From the NCBI RefSeq assembly GCF_009914755.1, contig NC_060930.1: DNA of 64,000 nt. The stretch is one strand, 5' to 3'. The notes under the pieces were generated by a model, which was not told the DNA's origin, ran no database searches, and was given only the letters and a program-made list of their open reading frames with translations. How positions within the stretch are numbered: the stretch's first letter is position 1; every line of letters starts with the position of its first letter. The translations under genes were made by a program, and so were the position numbers. Shown one piece after another: positions 27,140 through 40,995 of this stretch. Origin of the DNA: the human T2T-CHM13v2.0 reference genome, Homo sapiens.

Positions 27140-28099
27140 TGTAGGGGTGGGTTGCCCCTCCACACCTGTGGGTGTTTCTCGTAAGGTGGAACGAGAGACT
27201 TAGGAAAGAAAAAGACACAGAGACAAAGTATAGAGAAAGAAATAAGGGGACCCGGGAAACCAGCGTTCAGCATATGGAGGATCCCGCCAGCCTCTGAGTT
27301 CCCTTAGTATTTATTGATCATTTGTGGGTGTTTCTCGAAGAGGGGGATGTGTCAGGGTCACAAGACAATTGTGGGGAGAGGGTCAGCAGACAAACACGTG
27401 AACAAAGGTCTTTGCATCATAGACAATGTAAAGGATTAAGTGCTGTGCTTTTAGATATGCATACACATAAACATCTCAATGCTTTACAAAGCAGTATTGC
27501 TGCCCGCAGGTCCCACCTCCAGCCCTAAGGCGGTTTTTCCCTATCTCAGTAGAGGGAACGTACAATCGGGTTTTATACCGAGACATTCCATTGCCCAGGG
27601 ACAGGCAGGAGACAGATGCCTTCCTCTTGTCTCAACTGAAAGAGGCATGCCTTCCTCTTATACTAATCCTCCTCAGCACAGACCCTTTACGGGTGTCGGG
27701 CTGGGGGACGGTCAGGTCTTTCCCTTCCCACGAAGCCATATTTCAGACTATCACAAGGGGAGAAACCTTGGACAATACCTGGCTTTCCTAGGCAGAGGTC
27801 CCTGCGGCCTTCCGCAGTTTTTGTGTCCCTGGGTACTTGAGATTAGGGAGTGGTGATGACTCTTAAGGAGCATGCTGCCTTCAAGCATCTGTTTAACAAA
27901 GCACATCTTGCACCGCCCTTAATCCATTCAACTCTGAGTTGACACAGCACATGTTTCAGAGAGCACGGGGTTGGGGGTAAGGTCACAGAATCTCAAGGCA
28001 GAAGAATTTTTCTTAGTACATAACAAAATGGAGTCTCCTATGTCTACTTCTTTCTACACAGACACAGTAACAATCTGATCTCTCTTGCTTTTCCCCACA
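27140..28099 (-). mobile_element. HERV-K(HML-2) solo LTR, LTR5_Hs type, 960 bp
   Basis: Minus strand begins TGTGGGGAAAAGCAAGAGAGATCAGATTGTTACTG and ends GGGGCAACCCACCCCTACA; perfect 6-bp TSD TCTGGG (27134-27139, 28100-28105); TATAAAA at 27571-27577, AATAAA at 27310-27315, octamer-like ATGCAAAG at 27410-27417; no internal proviral sequence on either side. Confidence 0.96.
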
Positions 28100-30274
28100 T
28101 CTGGGGAAGTGTGAGAGGCTGGTGGAGGAGGGTGAGTTCACCAAGGAATTGAGTGTGAAATTGTTTGCTGGTCAGGTCTGGTATAAGGGGCCAGTCTCAC
28201 CTTCCATTCCCTGGGGACTTCAGGCCCCAAACCCCTTCACAGATGTCTGGCTAAGTAGAGGCCAGATCTGCCACCATAAATGACCACAATCCTCCATTCC
28301 TAATCCTTGTGGCCTCGTGTGTGCCACATCTAACTATGCAGCAAATGGGCAGGTCCGGAAATCTCAAGCAGGATAGTAGGGTGAGCCAGAGGCATGATCT
28401 TGTGTTCACACTGCAGCATCCAGGACGCAGGCAGGATGAATTTGGAGACAGCAGTTTAGATAGTGGCAAGCCTCAGCTCCTCTTACCTAGATCTAAAACA
28501 AGAAAGAGCTGCCCAAAGCACTTCTGAAGACAGGGGCATTAGAGCTCACCCTTCCCTCCCTTGACACCATCCATCCCTTTTCTCCCTTCTCCACTTCTTA
28601 GAATAAGATTTTCCTTGAAAGAGCAACCAAGTTATTAGGAAATTACAGCCAAAAGCGCTGCAGGACCTTGAGAGAATATCCCCAGCTCTCAAGCAAGACT
28701 CCATCACAGAGATGATTCATTCAATCATTATTCACCCAGGGCCTGTCTCATGAATGTTGGACTGTCAGAACTGAAATCCATCCCAAAGTAAAGCTCTCCT
28801 CAGAGAAGATTTGAGTTGTTCTTTGTAAAAAGGAGATAAAAAAGGGGGAGTTTATTTAAAATAGACACGTGTAAGCCCTCGAGGGACTGAAGGCATAAAT
28901 TGCAAGAACAGATCCAATCAAACCTGAATCCTCCTGCTTTCAGGTTTTACCAAGGAGGATGGAATATGAAAGGGAATGGAGTATCCCCACTCAATTCCAA
29001 GTCACATCAAGGCAGTCAGCTTGTGACAGGAAGATTACCTGCAGGAGGGCTTTATTTGATGTGAAAAGGGTTAACATCATCTTAGTAGATTAGGAATTCT
29101 CTGGCTCTCTTAGGAGGGTTAAGTGAATTCAGAGCTTTTACCTGAAGGAATGTGCATGAACCCTTTTTAGACACTGGCAATGAAACGGGGAAATTCCCTT
29201 ACTTGTTTTGCATTTAACACACAGACTTGTGATTAACACAAGTTTTATTATTTTCATTTGGGGATGGCCTTGCTGGGTTGCAGAGAGGTAATGCAGAGTG
29301 GGTCAGGACTATGTTCAGTTCAGAGCAGTATGTAAAAGGTGCAGCAATGGACCCACTGGTGAGTGGTGAATAATTACTACCTAGTGTTGAGCTCTGTGCT
29401 TGGCACTGGGTGAGGGTGTGCACACGGATGTTGTAAGCACAGCCTAGCCCTGCAGGAGAACTTGTTCTGCTCGAGAAGGAAAGATGAACAGCCAGGAATC
29501 AATGCTGAATACAAGGAGACGGCACTTAGCATGGGCAGCCAGCTCTGAAGGACTCCAGAAAAGAGAATATCGTTAAGGCTGGAGTCATCAGAAAGGGCTC
29601 TTAAGAGGGGGCTGGTGAGCAGACTTCAGCTGGGTGGTGAGAAGGTGTGCAGCCTCAAGAACCTCCATGCCCATGCCATCCTCTTCTCCCCATCTGCCTC
29701 TCTCTTCCCTCGCTGTCACATCCCTCTGCCCTCAGCATCTCCCACACCCCACCTCCACCCTCCCCAGAGACTGGGGACACATTTCAGGCCAGCTGTGTTA
29801 TTGGATTTTAAATGATGCGATGGCTTTTTAATTCTTGCCTAAATTGCCTTTCCATGCAGGGCACTGAGGATGGTTGATTACCAGGCAACTGGGCCCGCCG
29901 GTGACATTCCTTATCCGATGTCCCTTCAAGCTGCAGTCAAAGGGATGTGCTCTCAGGGCCTCGGCAGTGAGGTTTTCTTAGGCCTAGAAGCCACCCCCTC
30001 CCCAGCTTCCAGCCTGCAGGGCACCTGGTGGCCTCTTGGGCCCGAGTGCGCTGTCCGTGGTGCTGATGGCTCCGGCCACCCTTCACGCAGCTTTGAAACT
30101 TGGAGGGCTGAATAATTTAAACAAATAGACTTGGACATATTTCCCTTTTCCCTAAGGGCAGCCAAACGTCGCCTGCTGAGTCTCTGGAATGATTACCCTC
30201 ATTCAAGGGTACTCAGGAAAACAAGAGATTCAGGAAGCTGGAGAGAGGAGCGTGGGCGGGCTCAGCCTCCCTCT

Positions 30275-30301
30275 GGGGGGGCGGGGGGCGGGGGGCGGGG
30301 G
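30275..30301 (+). repeat. G7-C-G6-C-G6-C-G5 tract, putative G-quadruplex / clustered GC boxes
   Basis: Direct reading; four G-runs with 1-nt loops. Confidence 0.75.
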
Positions 30302-33300
30302 CTTGCTGTTAGCTCCCAAGGGAAGGGGCTGCTGAAATGGCGAGTCCAGCCCTCCCCTCAGCCACTGGCTTTGTCAGGTTGTTACAGGGGTCCAGTTTGT
30401 CCCCCCAGTGTTTTTCCAAAAAGCTCATGATGACAGGGCCAGGACTCCTAAAAGACCCCCAGCCGGCTTAGTGTGTGGAGGCTCCCACAGAGGCCAGCTC
30501 TACACAGAACCACACGGACCAATGCTGCATGGGGAGGAGATGGCTCGTTAGAGGACAAAACAGCCTGGGCATGGCGATAACCACACGGAGGGGCTTCCCT
30601 TCGCCCTCCCACCCCCAAGCTGCCATCCCTGAGGTCCCGCATGCCCTCTTCAGGCCTGGGCCCAGCTCAAGTACCAGGGAGGGGGCCCCAGCCTCCTCTT
30701 CCTCCCATTGACCCTGCTCCGTCTTGGTGCTGCCTCCCTGGTTGCTGTTCTCTTCTCCAAGTATCGTTTGGTCTCCTTCACACCCCATCCGACAGCCTAG
30801 CACTGAGTGGCTACCCCCGATGTGCCCTCTTCACAGACCGCAGCCACGTTTTCCTTCCTCACTGCCCCTGTGTGCTTCACTCGGATCCCTCCTGTGTCCA
30901 GCAGGTCCAAAGTTGTAAGGTGCTGACCAGGGCACTGAGCATTGGTGGGTGCCCAGGAAACAGGAATGCAGTCCTCTCTTCAAGGGCTAACTCTCTCGGG
31001 GGGTACGGAGAGCAACAGGGCCACTTTCTCTCAGGAGGTGCAGCCTAAGGGGCCAATCCTGGGGGGCCAAGGAGGCCAAACTCACTGAGGCCACCAGGAG
31101 GGAGTGCTCTCCTCCACGATGGGTGGGGCAGGGGACTTAAGCATAATTTGGTGATGGGAGGGGCTGAAGCAAGAGAGTTCTCCCTGAATCACGCTGTATT
31201 GCTGGGTGGGGAGAGACTATGAGAGCCCAGGGGCCAGAGAGTGCCAAAGGGGAGCCACGGGGTATGAACTCTGGGGCCTCAGCCTGGTGCTGCTGCAGGC
31301 CCCTTCCCCAGCTGTGCCCCATCCCACCACCACCCACCTGCTGGCCCGGGTGTGACAGGTTCCACCGGCCTTCCTGCTTTCATGTCGGCATTTCAGTTCG
31401 CTGATTTAACATTTCCTCAGAAAGCAGGATTGGATTTTTCCCTCACTTGATTTCCTAGGGTTTGTCTCCTCATTGTTTTTCTTCTTAAAAGAACAAAGGC
31501 AAAGACAATCACCTGTCTTTTATGCTCTGGGCTGAAATTCTGCAGCTGTTGGTGGTAAAGGAGGTTGGGGGAGGCGGGAGAGAATGTGTTTGGGAGATGG
31601 GACACAGAGAGGCAGGGTTTCCACACCCAGTGAGGTGAGCCCTGCCTCTGGGAGAAGCCCCCCCAACTGCAGATCCCAGGCCTTGGGGGAAGGTGGAGGG
31701 CACCAGAGGACGCTCCCTTGGGGGAGCAGCCGGAGCGCTGCCCTGACAACACTGAGGGTTCACACACGCACTGGCCCAAAGGCTGGATGAGGGTCACCCC
31801 ACACAGCCAACCGCAGCAAGACCTGGCCCTCCCACCCTCCCTACCGCTCCCTCCAGCAGGGGCAGTGGAGCGAGCAAGAGGACTGTGGGCAGCCAGGGCC
31901 ATGGGTGCCACTCCTCTGCCAGGAGCAGCCCTACCGGGAAACTCTACAGGCAGGAAGGAGTTTGGCTGTGTTCTAGAAACTGACATTCCACATGGTGTGG
32001 AGTGGGCCCGGGGGGGCAGTCGGGTGGGTGGATGAGCTGTGGAGAGGAGGAGAGAGACGCCATCCCACAAGGCCCCAAGAGCCACATGAGGACACTTATC
32101 ATTCCCTGACCACCGTCAGCAGCCACCCTTCCTCCCATCTGGGGGCAGAGGGAGAGAGCTAGAGGGACTGGACTCATCCTTTCTCTCTCTCCCTTTCAGC
32201 TAGGATTTGCCACATAACCTGGCTTGGCTGACTGCTCACTTCTGCCCTGGACTTTGAGTCTCAAGTGGCCAAAGATGGAAAAAAGTCAGGCTCCCTCTCA
32301 GTGGTAATGGGGGAGCTTTGGGGGTGTTCTGCATAGGCTGTTCCCACTAACAGATGCCTCTTACCTGTTTTCCAAATCTAGAGCCTCCTGTCATCACTTC
32401 TGAGCCCCCCATTTCTTTTCTTAAGATAGCCAGAAGCAGGGGGTGTTCCACAGGGGGCACACATCCTGGTTGACCCTGGATAGTTTGAAGGGGGTGCCAC
32501 TGAGGGACATTAGACGGTGGGGAGAAGACATGGTGTGGGTCGGGGTACCATGTGGAAAGAAGATTGTGGGAGGAAATGAGAATTAGGGACCTCAGTCGGG
32601 AGGCCACAGGCCAGGGGAGGGAGGATGGTGATGATGGAAACCCAAGATTCAGAATATATACTTGGAAGCAGATTTGGTGATTAAAGAATCAAGGGTGATG
32701 TTTAGATTTCTGACTTGAGTGTGGTGTGGACGGCGGTGGTATTTAATCAGCTGGAGAAAACTGAGGAAGGAAGAGATATGTGTTAGGCGAGGTGGCATCC
32801 ACAGTTCCGTGTTGAATATTTTAATGGTGAGAAGCTCTATCAGTGACGGTCCAAGCAGGAAAACGGAGCTTTCGCCAGGCAGTTCAATCAGGGAATATAA
32901 TATGCAAAAAAATTCCAGAGGTGCTGGGGGAGCTGAGCAGGAGATGGGGAAAGAAAGATCCGAAGATTGCTAATGGCAGGAATCTGCTCCACCCTAGGTT
33001 GGAGGAATAGGGACAGCCTGGGAGCTGGGCTGCCCAGTGGGAGCTGGGATGCAGAGAAGGGGCTACCCAGGGGCCTCCCAGGCTGGAACTGGAACTGGAA
33101 TTGTGGAGGGACAAACTCTGGAAGCCAATAAACAGCCACTGGCAGAGACACCACAGATCAGAGGAGTGGGAAGAAATACCCAGGCTTCTCCTCTTCTCCC
33201 TCCTACCAGCCTCCAGCCAGTGACTGCTATTGGTCTAACCTGACAGGAAGCCAGCAGGCAGGGAGCCTGGGAAATGTAGTTTGTGGGGGCAGCACACTGT

Positions 33301-33377
33301 GATCCATTGCAGAGCAGGGGAAGGGGGCAGGCGCACAGGATCCTCACAGATGCCACCAAAAATCACTCTGAGTTTGA

Positions 33378-33758
<381 letters not shown>

Positions 33759-36700
33759 TAAATCTATAATGAGGAGATTCGGGTATCAGGGACAGGTGAG
33801 TCTGGGGGCCATGGATTCATGAGGGTCCCTCCTAGTTCCTCTGCAGGATGTGATCTTTGTTCCATCCAGGCTGAGTCTGCCTTGGAAGTCAGAGCTGGAC
33901 TTGTTCATATTCTAAGAAAGCCACCCCCAGATCTGCCACCTCCATCCCCACCTTTCCAGTCTCTATCTTCAACATCCTTCTCCTTTCTTTCTTTTTCTTT
34001 TTTTTTTTTTTATTTGCAGGGAATGGAAACGGGACTTGTCAGAAACCTGCCTCCAGAATAAAGAGAAGAAGGGGAAATGTGATTAGGAGAGCTGTGAAGT
34101 GGTGATGACAGCAGCTGCTTAATATGGAAAAAGGAATCCTAATTATTGCTTGGACAGGCAGGAAGTAAAAAGTCAATCAGAGCCAAGGTGGAGGGCAAAC
34201 ACGCATGTCAGGGCGGGCTGCCCCTGCTAAGAACCGCATGCCTTCTTGAGGTGGAGGAGCCTCTGACTGAGAGGCAAGGAGATGGTGAGCAAAGGAACTG
34301 GGCCAACCAGCCGCTCAGCCTGGGGGAAACTGGTTCTCCTGAGGAACTGGCAGGGCTGAAGCAGAAGAGCTGCATTCGTATTCCAGCCAGAAGAGCAGGG
34401 GCTTTGGGAGAGTGTTAGGCAATGCATCTGGCCTCAGGGGTCTCAGTTTTCTCATCGGTAGTGACCCAGATGTGTCCGACTTCTCCGGTCTATGGGGTCT
34501 GTGATTTTCAGGGCGACGATACTCTGAGCCCCTCCCATTCCCGCCATGTGGCAAGTCCAGTCTTTTTCAGGTTTCCCTCCCAAGTAGTTCTAGGGATCCC
34601 TAAGGAATTCTTGCACATCTCCCAAAATCCGTGGTGGCAGCTCTGCCAGCATCTCGCTCCCACTGACAGCTGTTCCTGGTCTCTGCCTGCCATGTCTTCA
34701 CTGTGGGCACTTTCAGGTCAATTCCTTCCTCCTCAACCCCTTCCTTCCAAGCTGGGACACGGCCTAATTCCCTTAATTTGCAAAGTCTGGCAAAGACCAG
34801 GCTCTGGGGTTTAAACAAGCTTTACTTAGGGCTTAGCCAGTGTAAAGAAAAGTTGGCTGGCAGGTGCCCTGATCCTGCCTCCACGGGCACCTCTCCAACC
34901 CTTCTCCCACTGGGTGGCTCTCACTTTAGGTTGGACCGATACCAAGCGGCCACTTACACCTTTAGTGAAAGCGCCTTTGGCCCTAACCCTGTGACCCATG
35001 GTCCAGATCCCCAACCTCTGCTGAGCTGAGAGACAGAGAGAGAGAGGCCACATTGCCTCCAAAATCATGTGCTTCTCATCAAATCCACTCTCTCCAGTCC
35101 AGAAGAGGAGTTTAGCTGCACTTTTACACAAAAAAATCTGCTAAATTATTTTTCTCAGAACAGAAGAGCTGTCTTTCCACAACACGAATCAGAGAAGTGC
35201 TGACAGCTTTGATATAGAAGTTTGTTCCCATTTCTGGCCAATGAGGTTGCAAAAATATTGGGGCTTGGCTTGGCTGGAGCCCCTTTTCATGTAGATCATG
35301 GGGTCAAGGTCTGCCTTGCTGGGGTGGGGTGAGCATTAAATAGACAATGGATGCCAAGAGGCTGGTGTGTCTGGTAGGTGCTCAATCCATGCTGAGGCGT
35401 TTCCCCATCTTGACTCGGTTACCTCAACTGTAATATTAATGTAAGGAAGGGGGTAGGCCATGCTGGGGACTTTGGAGGCCCCTCCCAACTCTCTTAGTAC
35501 CAGATACAGGGAGGAGGGAGTTTTCTGGGTGATGACAAAGGGCTTGGGGGTGGGACCAGACCAAGCACTGTGCACGTGGGGTCTCCTGGAGGCTGGCTTC
35601 GTGGACCCTGAAATGTGTTGAAGCTGGATTCAGGTCCAGGCACTCTCCCTCCCTGCTGTGCTGTGTGCTTCTTGGGCAAAGCACAACCTCTCTGTGTTTC
35701 ACTTTCATCTACTGATGACTGGGCATATTTGTCTCTTCCAATCCTTCACTTCCTGGTTGACCTGAGAATTGAATGAGACATGGATGTGAAAATCTTTCTT
35801 CAACTTAAATGTCATCTCCACCAAGGACGGGACCAGCTGTCTGATTTAGGTTTGAGTTGCCAACACCTGAAGGTGAAGGAGAGCCAGGCCTGGGGTTGTG
35901 TGAACCCAGGGGTTGCAGGATCTAACCCATGTGTGGAGGGTTTGGAGAAGCCACCTGCATCCATACATACCTACACATGCGTGACGCTGTTCGTGTCATT
36001 GCACCCCTGCTGGCCTCGCTGTTAGTAGAGTGACTGCCTAGCCCTGCACCTGAGACACAATGGTGCTTACTAAGAGCTTGCAAAATAAATGGATTTGTGT
36101 GTGAGAAGCTCTGGCTTAAAAAGGGAGAAAATGATCAAAGGGGTAGAGAAAATCAATAAGGATGGAAATATCTCAGCAAGGAAGGCACATCTCCAGGTAG
36201 AAATATGGTCTGCTGTTTGTTCAGCTGTTAGCAGTTGCTGAGAGCTTTCCATGGGGGATATGGAGATGGACAAGGCACTGTCCCTGCCCTTCAGGGGCTC
36301 ACAGCTACATCGAAGGGGAAGCAAATGATTCACAACCTCAGTAAAGGGCGGGCCAGGCAAAGTCCAGAGGACACAGAGGATAAAGGTCAGTGGGCCTTTC
36401 ATGGTAGATGGGCTCCAGGAGGGCTCCCAGGAGGAGGTGGCATTTCGATGTAGAGCAGAGAGGAGGGTGCTTAGGCACAACTTTTCACAGGACCTGATGG
36501 AGTGGCACAGAGGTCAGGCAGGCAAGACCCTTCAGCAGAATAGTTGAGGCTGTGGGCTCTGTTCCGGACACCTAGAGGGGGAAGCTGACTGCCCCCACCC
36601 CCGTGCTGGACCTGGACCTTCTCCCTGAGTGTCTGCTCCTGCTGGGGGTGGGGTGCCCACTGCTTTTCACTATGCTCTGAGCTGAGGCCTTCGATCTACA

Positions 36701-37009
36701 CCTGTGTTGCAGCATCAAAATGCAGCTCAATTCGACTGAACACGTGTTTATGGAACAGCCACTGTGGAGCCCATAGCAGCGGCCCTGACTCGCTTCTCCT
36801 CTGGGGGTTTGGAAGGGAAGAGGATTCTGACTCGGTTTCTGGCCCAGGATTGTTCTTACCCACCACGATGGGGAGGAGGTTGGGAGGAATAAAAAGCAGG
36901 CACAGTTACGACCAAACGAGAGGGACACACAGGCCGGTGGATCCCGCCTTTTCAAGCATGAAGATCCATGGTTGACAAAAAAGTCTCAACCGCTTTGAAC
37001 ACGACTGGA

Positions 37010-37335
37010 TGTGAAAGAATTACCATTAAGCTTTTTTCTTTAAGTGTGATATTGGTGTTTTGACTCTGTTTAAAAACAAAGTCCTTATCTTTTAGTGATC
37101 TATAGTAAAAGATTGAAATAGGAAATGATATGGTGTCCGGGGTTTACTTCAAAATAACTAGGCAGGGGACATGGCTGCGGCGTAGATGCAATGAGACCGG
37201 CCAAGAGCTGAGGGCTGCTGATGCTAGGGAAGGGGTATCTGGGGCTCCCCAATTATCTCTGCTTGTGTGTGTGTGTGTGTGTGTGTGTTTAAATTCTCCA
37301 GAATAAAAAAGTTAAAAAGAAAACCAAAAAAGAAT
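37010..37335 (+). mobile_element. Old L1M 3'-end fragment containing a (TG)n microsatellite at ~37264-37288
   Basis: AAATGATATGGTGTCCGGGGTTTACTTCAAAATAA...AATAAAAAAGTTAAAA pattern typical of L1MC/MD 3' UTRs; TG run read directly. Confidence 0.55.
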
Positions 37336-39020
37336 AAAACCCAGCATCACTTTGAAAATAAAAACTTTCAACTGAGCTTTCAGTACAAGTCACTGTGTAT
37401 GAAATTCCCAATGACAAAAATCCACTATGGGTTCAGCAACGTTTTGGATGCATTTGCATTTTATTAATCACAAGAGCATCTTTAGACATCTGAAAAATGG
37501 CAGTGCAAGTGTGTGGGACAGTACGTTCAGTCTGCAGGCCGTGTTCAGCTGGCGTGCGATGTAGGAGATCTTTGACAGTTCTCGAGCCAGATGGGGCTGG
37601 GCGTGCCGGCTGACAGCAGCCACTGGGGAATGAACAGCAGTGGCCTCAGGCTCCCCAGGAGGTGGACTGTGGGGTGACAGGGATCACGGGCCAGTTCCTG
37701 CCACAGACCTGCCACATATGGTTGCTGTGCATGGTGGGGAATGGCTTCATTGACACCTCGTAACCCCATTCCACCTGCTGTGCCTCATTAGGCAGGTGAC
37801 ACATATTCTTCAGGCTCAAGAGAGAGCTAGGGATGTGGAGGAAGGTGGCTCTCCCAGGTCCCTGCCCCTGCCAGAGTGGAGCTCTGGGCACTTCCGGGGT
37901 TGAAATTTGGGGTCGACCCAGTTTTCCCCCTGCCCGTCCCCACTCCTCCCTGTGGGCAGGTGCTGGTGCTTTCTCCGCTTCCCAGCCTCCCCTTTGTTTT
38001 TTCTGGCTTCTTCTCCTGTCGTTGCAGTCCCAAGGCAGGGCTCAAGAGGCCAAATGGGAGAATGGAGGGAGATGCTCTTCACCCCCCATTTTGTGTTCTC
38101 ATTTGTGTCCTTCCAGGGAAGTCACTGAAACAACCTGAGGACTTCTCCAGGAGGATTTACAAAGAGGACACAAGGGGAGGGCATTGCTTAACCGAAAGGA
38201 ATAACAACCATGGAGGAGGAGGGAGGGGGCAGGGAAGCAGGGGAACTGAGGGAGGTGGGAGAGAGATGGGAGGAAGAAAAAAGAAAGAAGGATAGAGTGT
38301 GTGGTGGGAGGGAGAATTGGTACACAGCGAGGCAGGAAACAGAGGAACTGGGGTTTCCTGCTGTCACCCAGGCCCTGAGTGGGCTTGGTCCTGACCTGGG
38401 GAGACTCCAGTTGCAGGGGCATCTGTGTCCTCTTCTAATGCAGCATGCTACCATCCATCTGCATCCCAGTGGATCAGACTAGGTCCCTGTCACTGCTGTC
38501 ACTTCCACTGTGACACAGCAGTGGCTCCCTGCCACCAAGAAGCGGTCTACAGGCACCTGGGCTGGCACAAGCAGAGCCTCTTTTCTCTCCGCTTTCCCTC
38601 TCTTCCCCATGTGGCGGGCAGCTTGTGGCTGGCACTCTGGAAGGAGGGTTTAGAGAACCCTGCCACCCACCCCCAGGCCAGATGGGAGGTAGCTGGAAGT
38701 GGGAGCAGGAAGGCATTTGTCTGATGCTGTGAGACTACAGTGCTGCTAACCTCCTGACCCCCACCCCAGGCTGGAGCTGAAGGAGTTTCTAGGAGGGGGT
38801 GCACTGGGCTTGCAGGGCTTCTCAGACTCGGTGCCCAAGGAAGTCTACACGGGGCTCCCAGTCAGCATTTCTGGGCCAATCCTCTATGTCCTATATAGGT
38901 TGGGAGATTTTGCCACATGGAGGTCTGCCCAGCCTGCCCACCTCCCCAGGAGAAAGAGGCCTGAATTTGGGGTCCTGTAGGACCACTAACTGGCTATGTG
39001 ACCTGAGGTGAGTTGCTGCC

Positions 39021-39417
39021 TGCTAAGGTTTGAATGTGTCCCCCACAGTTCATGTGTTGGAAACTTCATCCCCAATGCAACAGTGTTGAAAGGTGGGACC
39101 TTTAAGAAGTGCTTAGGCCATGAAGGCTCTGCCCTCGTGAATGGATTAATATCATTATTGAAGGAGTGGGTTAGTTATTTCGCGAGTGGGCTTGTTATAA
39201 AGGCAAGATCAGCCCCCTCTTACCCTTGCTGTCTTGTGCCCTCTTGCCCTTCCACCTTTGGCCATGGGATGACACAGCATGGAGGCCCTCACCAGATGCT
39301 GGCACCTTGATATTGGACTTATTGGCCTCTAGAACAGTGAACCATATAAACTTCTATTGTTTATCAATTACCCTGTCTGTGGTATTCTGTTATAGCAACA
39401 CACAATGAACTAAGATA
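39021..39417 (+). mobile_element. MST-family MaLR solo LTR
   Basis: Starts TGCTAAGGTTTGAATGTGTCCCC and ends GTATTCTGTTATAGCAACACACAATGAACTAAGATA; 5-bp TSD CTGCC/CTGCT. Confidence 0.85.
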
Positions 39418-40854
39418 CTGCTCTCTCTGGGCTCATTTCCCCATCTGCTGAGAGGCCATACACTCCCTACCAGAGCCACTCTTGGGACCCCAGGCTAGAG
39501 GGGTGAGGAGGAGGGAATTGGAGCCCCTTCCCGGAGGTGCTGGGCTGCACTGGGGCTCCTCCCCGAAGAGGGCTGGAAAGGAAGAGATGGACTTTGAGGT
39601 CCTGTCCGGTCCTGTGCTCCTGCATGGCTTCTGCTTTTCCTTCTGCCCATCCAAATCCAGCTGGCTCCTCTAGGAGGTCCTCCTGGATTGCACTAGCCCT
39701 TTCTGCCCTCCTTTCCTGTGACTACAGGGCTGAGTCCCCAGTCCCGTGCTGGGACCAAGAGGGTGCAGGTATCAAGGCTGAGGCCTTAGTTATACATATT
39801 TTGCAAAGAATCTTCTAGAGCAGGCCTCTGGCAGAATCTCAGTGCTGCCCCTCTCACCCCCGGATTCGTCACCTAATTGGATCAGGTGCCTGGACATGGA
39901 CCAACCAACTGTGGCTGAGGAAATAGGGCGGGACCATGTGATACAGGTCCCGGCGCTGGCACATCCCTGTGGCCAAGCTGGGAACTTCAGGGCATATGGA
40001 CCCCTCTCTCTCCCTCCTCCTCCCTCAGGCCAGGAGTCAACAATGTCTGTTCCCAGTGCTGCTGCTCCACTGTCCCCAACCCAGGACCCCATCACCCCTC
40101 TCCGGGATGTCTGCACCTGCTTTCTCCCTGGTCTCCAGACTCTCTTCTCCTCCTCCTGCCAGCCCATCCACCCTCAGCCTTGCTTCTGAATGCCTGATGG
40201 CTCCTCTTTCTGTGAAGTCACAGCCACTTAGGGACTTTCAGCACCTGCCCGCCACCAGCTTTTTCTGGCCCACCTCCAGCGTCTTCCAACCCCCATATCT
40301 GACCAACCCCAGGCTTTTGGTCCAGTTCCTTAAAAATGCAGATCCTGCCTTTCTCCAGGCTGTGTTCATGCTGTTCTCCTTGGCTGGGGTCCTTCAAGGC
40401 TGAGTGAAAATGCTACCTTTCCTCTGGCTGCTTTTCCTGATTCTTCAGGTGGAATTAATTGCCACCTGTGTCCCCATTGTATCTGTAAACACCTCTAGCA
40501 TCGTTCCTCCTCCTTTCTATTAATGCTATTTTATTTGTCTCACTCCCCATCACGGCTTTGTGTCTAGACAATGGGGACTGCCTCTTACTCATTTAAAATT
40601 TTGGCCTGCACACAGTAGGCACATAATAAATGCTTGTTAGGTTGAATAGATAATTGCCATTCATACCATGCATGAATTGTTCGTTTTTTTTTTTAAACTT
40701 TGAAAATTATTACAAAAATAATCTCTACAGGTATTTAAATGTTCATAACAATGCCTAAGTGGATAAATACAAAGCAAAGGTCCCTCACACAGCTTAATTC
40801 CCAGTCGAATTCCCCAGCGTGAGCCTAGGAAGAGCTGGGAATGTTTTCTCTAAG

Positions 40855-40995
40855 CCAGTGGTTCTCAAAGCTGGTCCTCCTCCTGGCAGCATCAGCTTGT
40901 GTTAGGAATGCAGATTCCTACTGAACCCCATGCTTGGATCCCAGGAGGTGGTGCTCTCACAAGGCTCCAGGTGACAGCGCTGGCCCAGGTGGTCT
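40855..40995. mobile_element. MER5A-like DNA transposon fossil
   Basis: CAGTGGTTCTCAAAG...GCAGCATCAGC...GTTAGGAATGCAGATTC...TCACAAGGCTCCAGGTGA. Confidence 0.6.

Noticed and set aside
27140-28099. Possible full HERV-K provirus
   Set aside because: The same 6-bp TSD directly flanks a single LTR; no primer-binding site, gag, pol or env is adjacent.
31417-32085. 222-aa minus-strand ORF; likewise the 205-aa (13746) and 196-aa (15699) ORFs
   Set aside because: No domain similarity I can recognise, composition typical of random GC-rich DNA, and no supporting exon structure.
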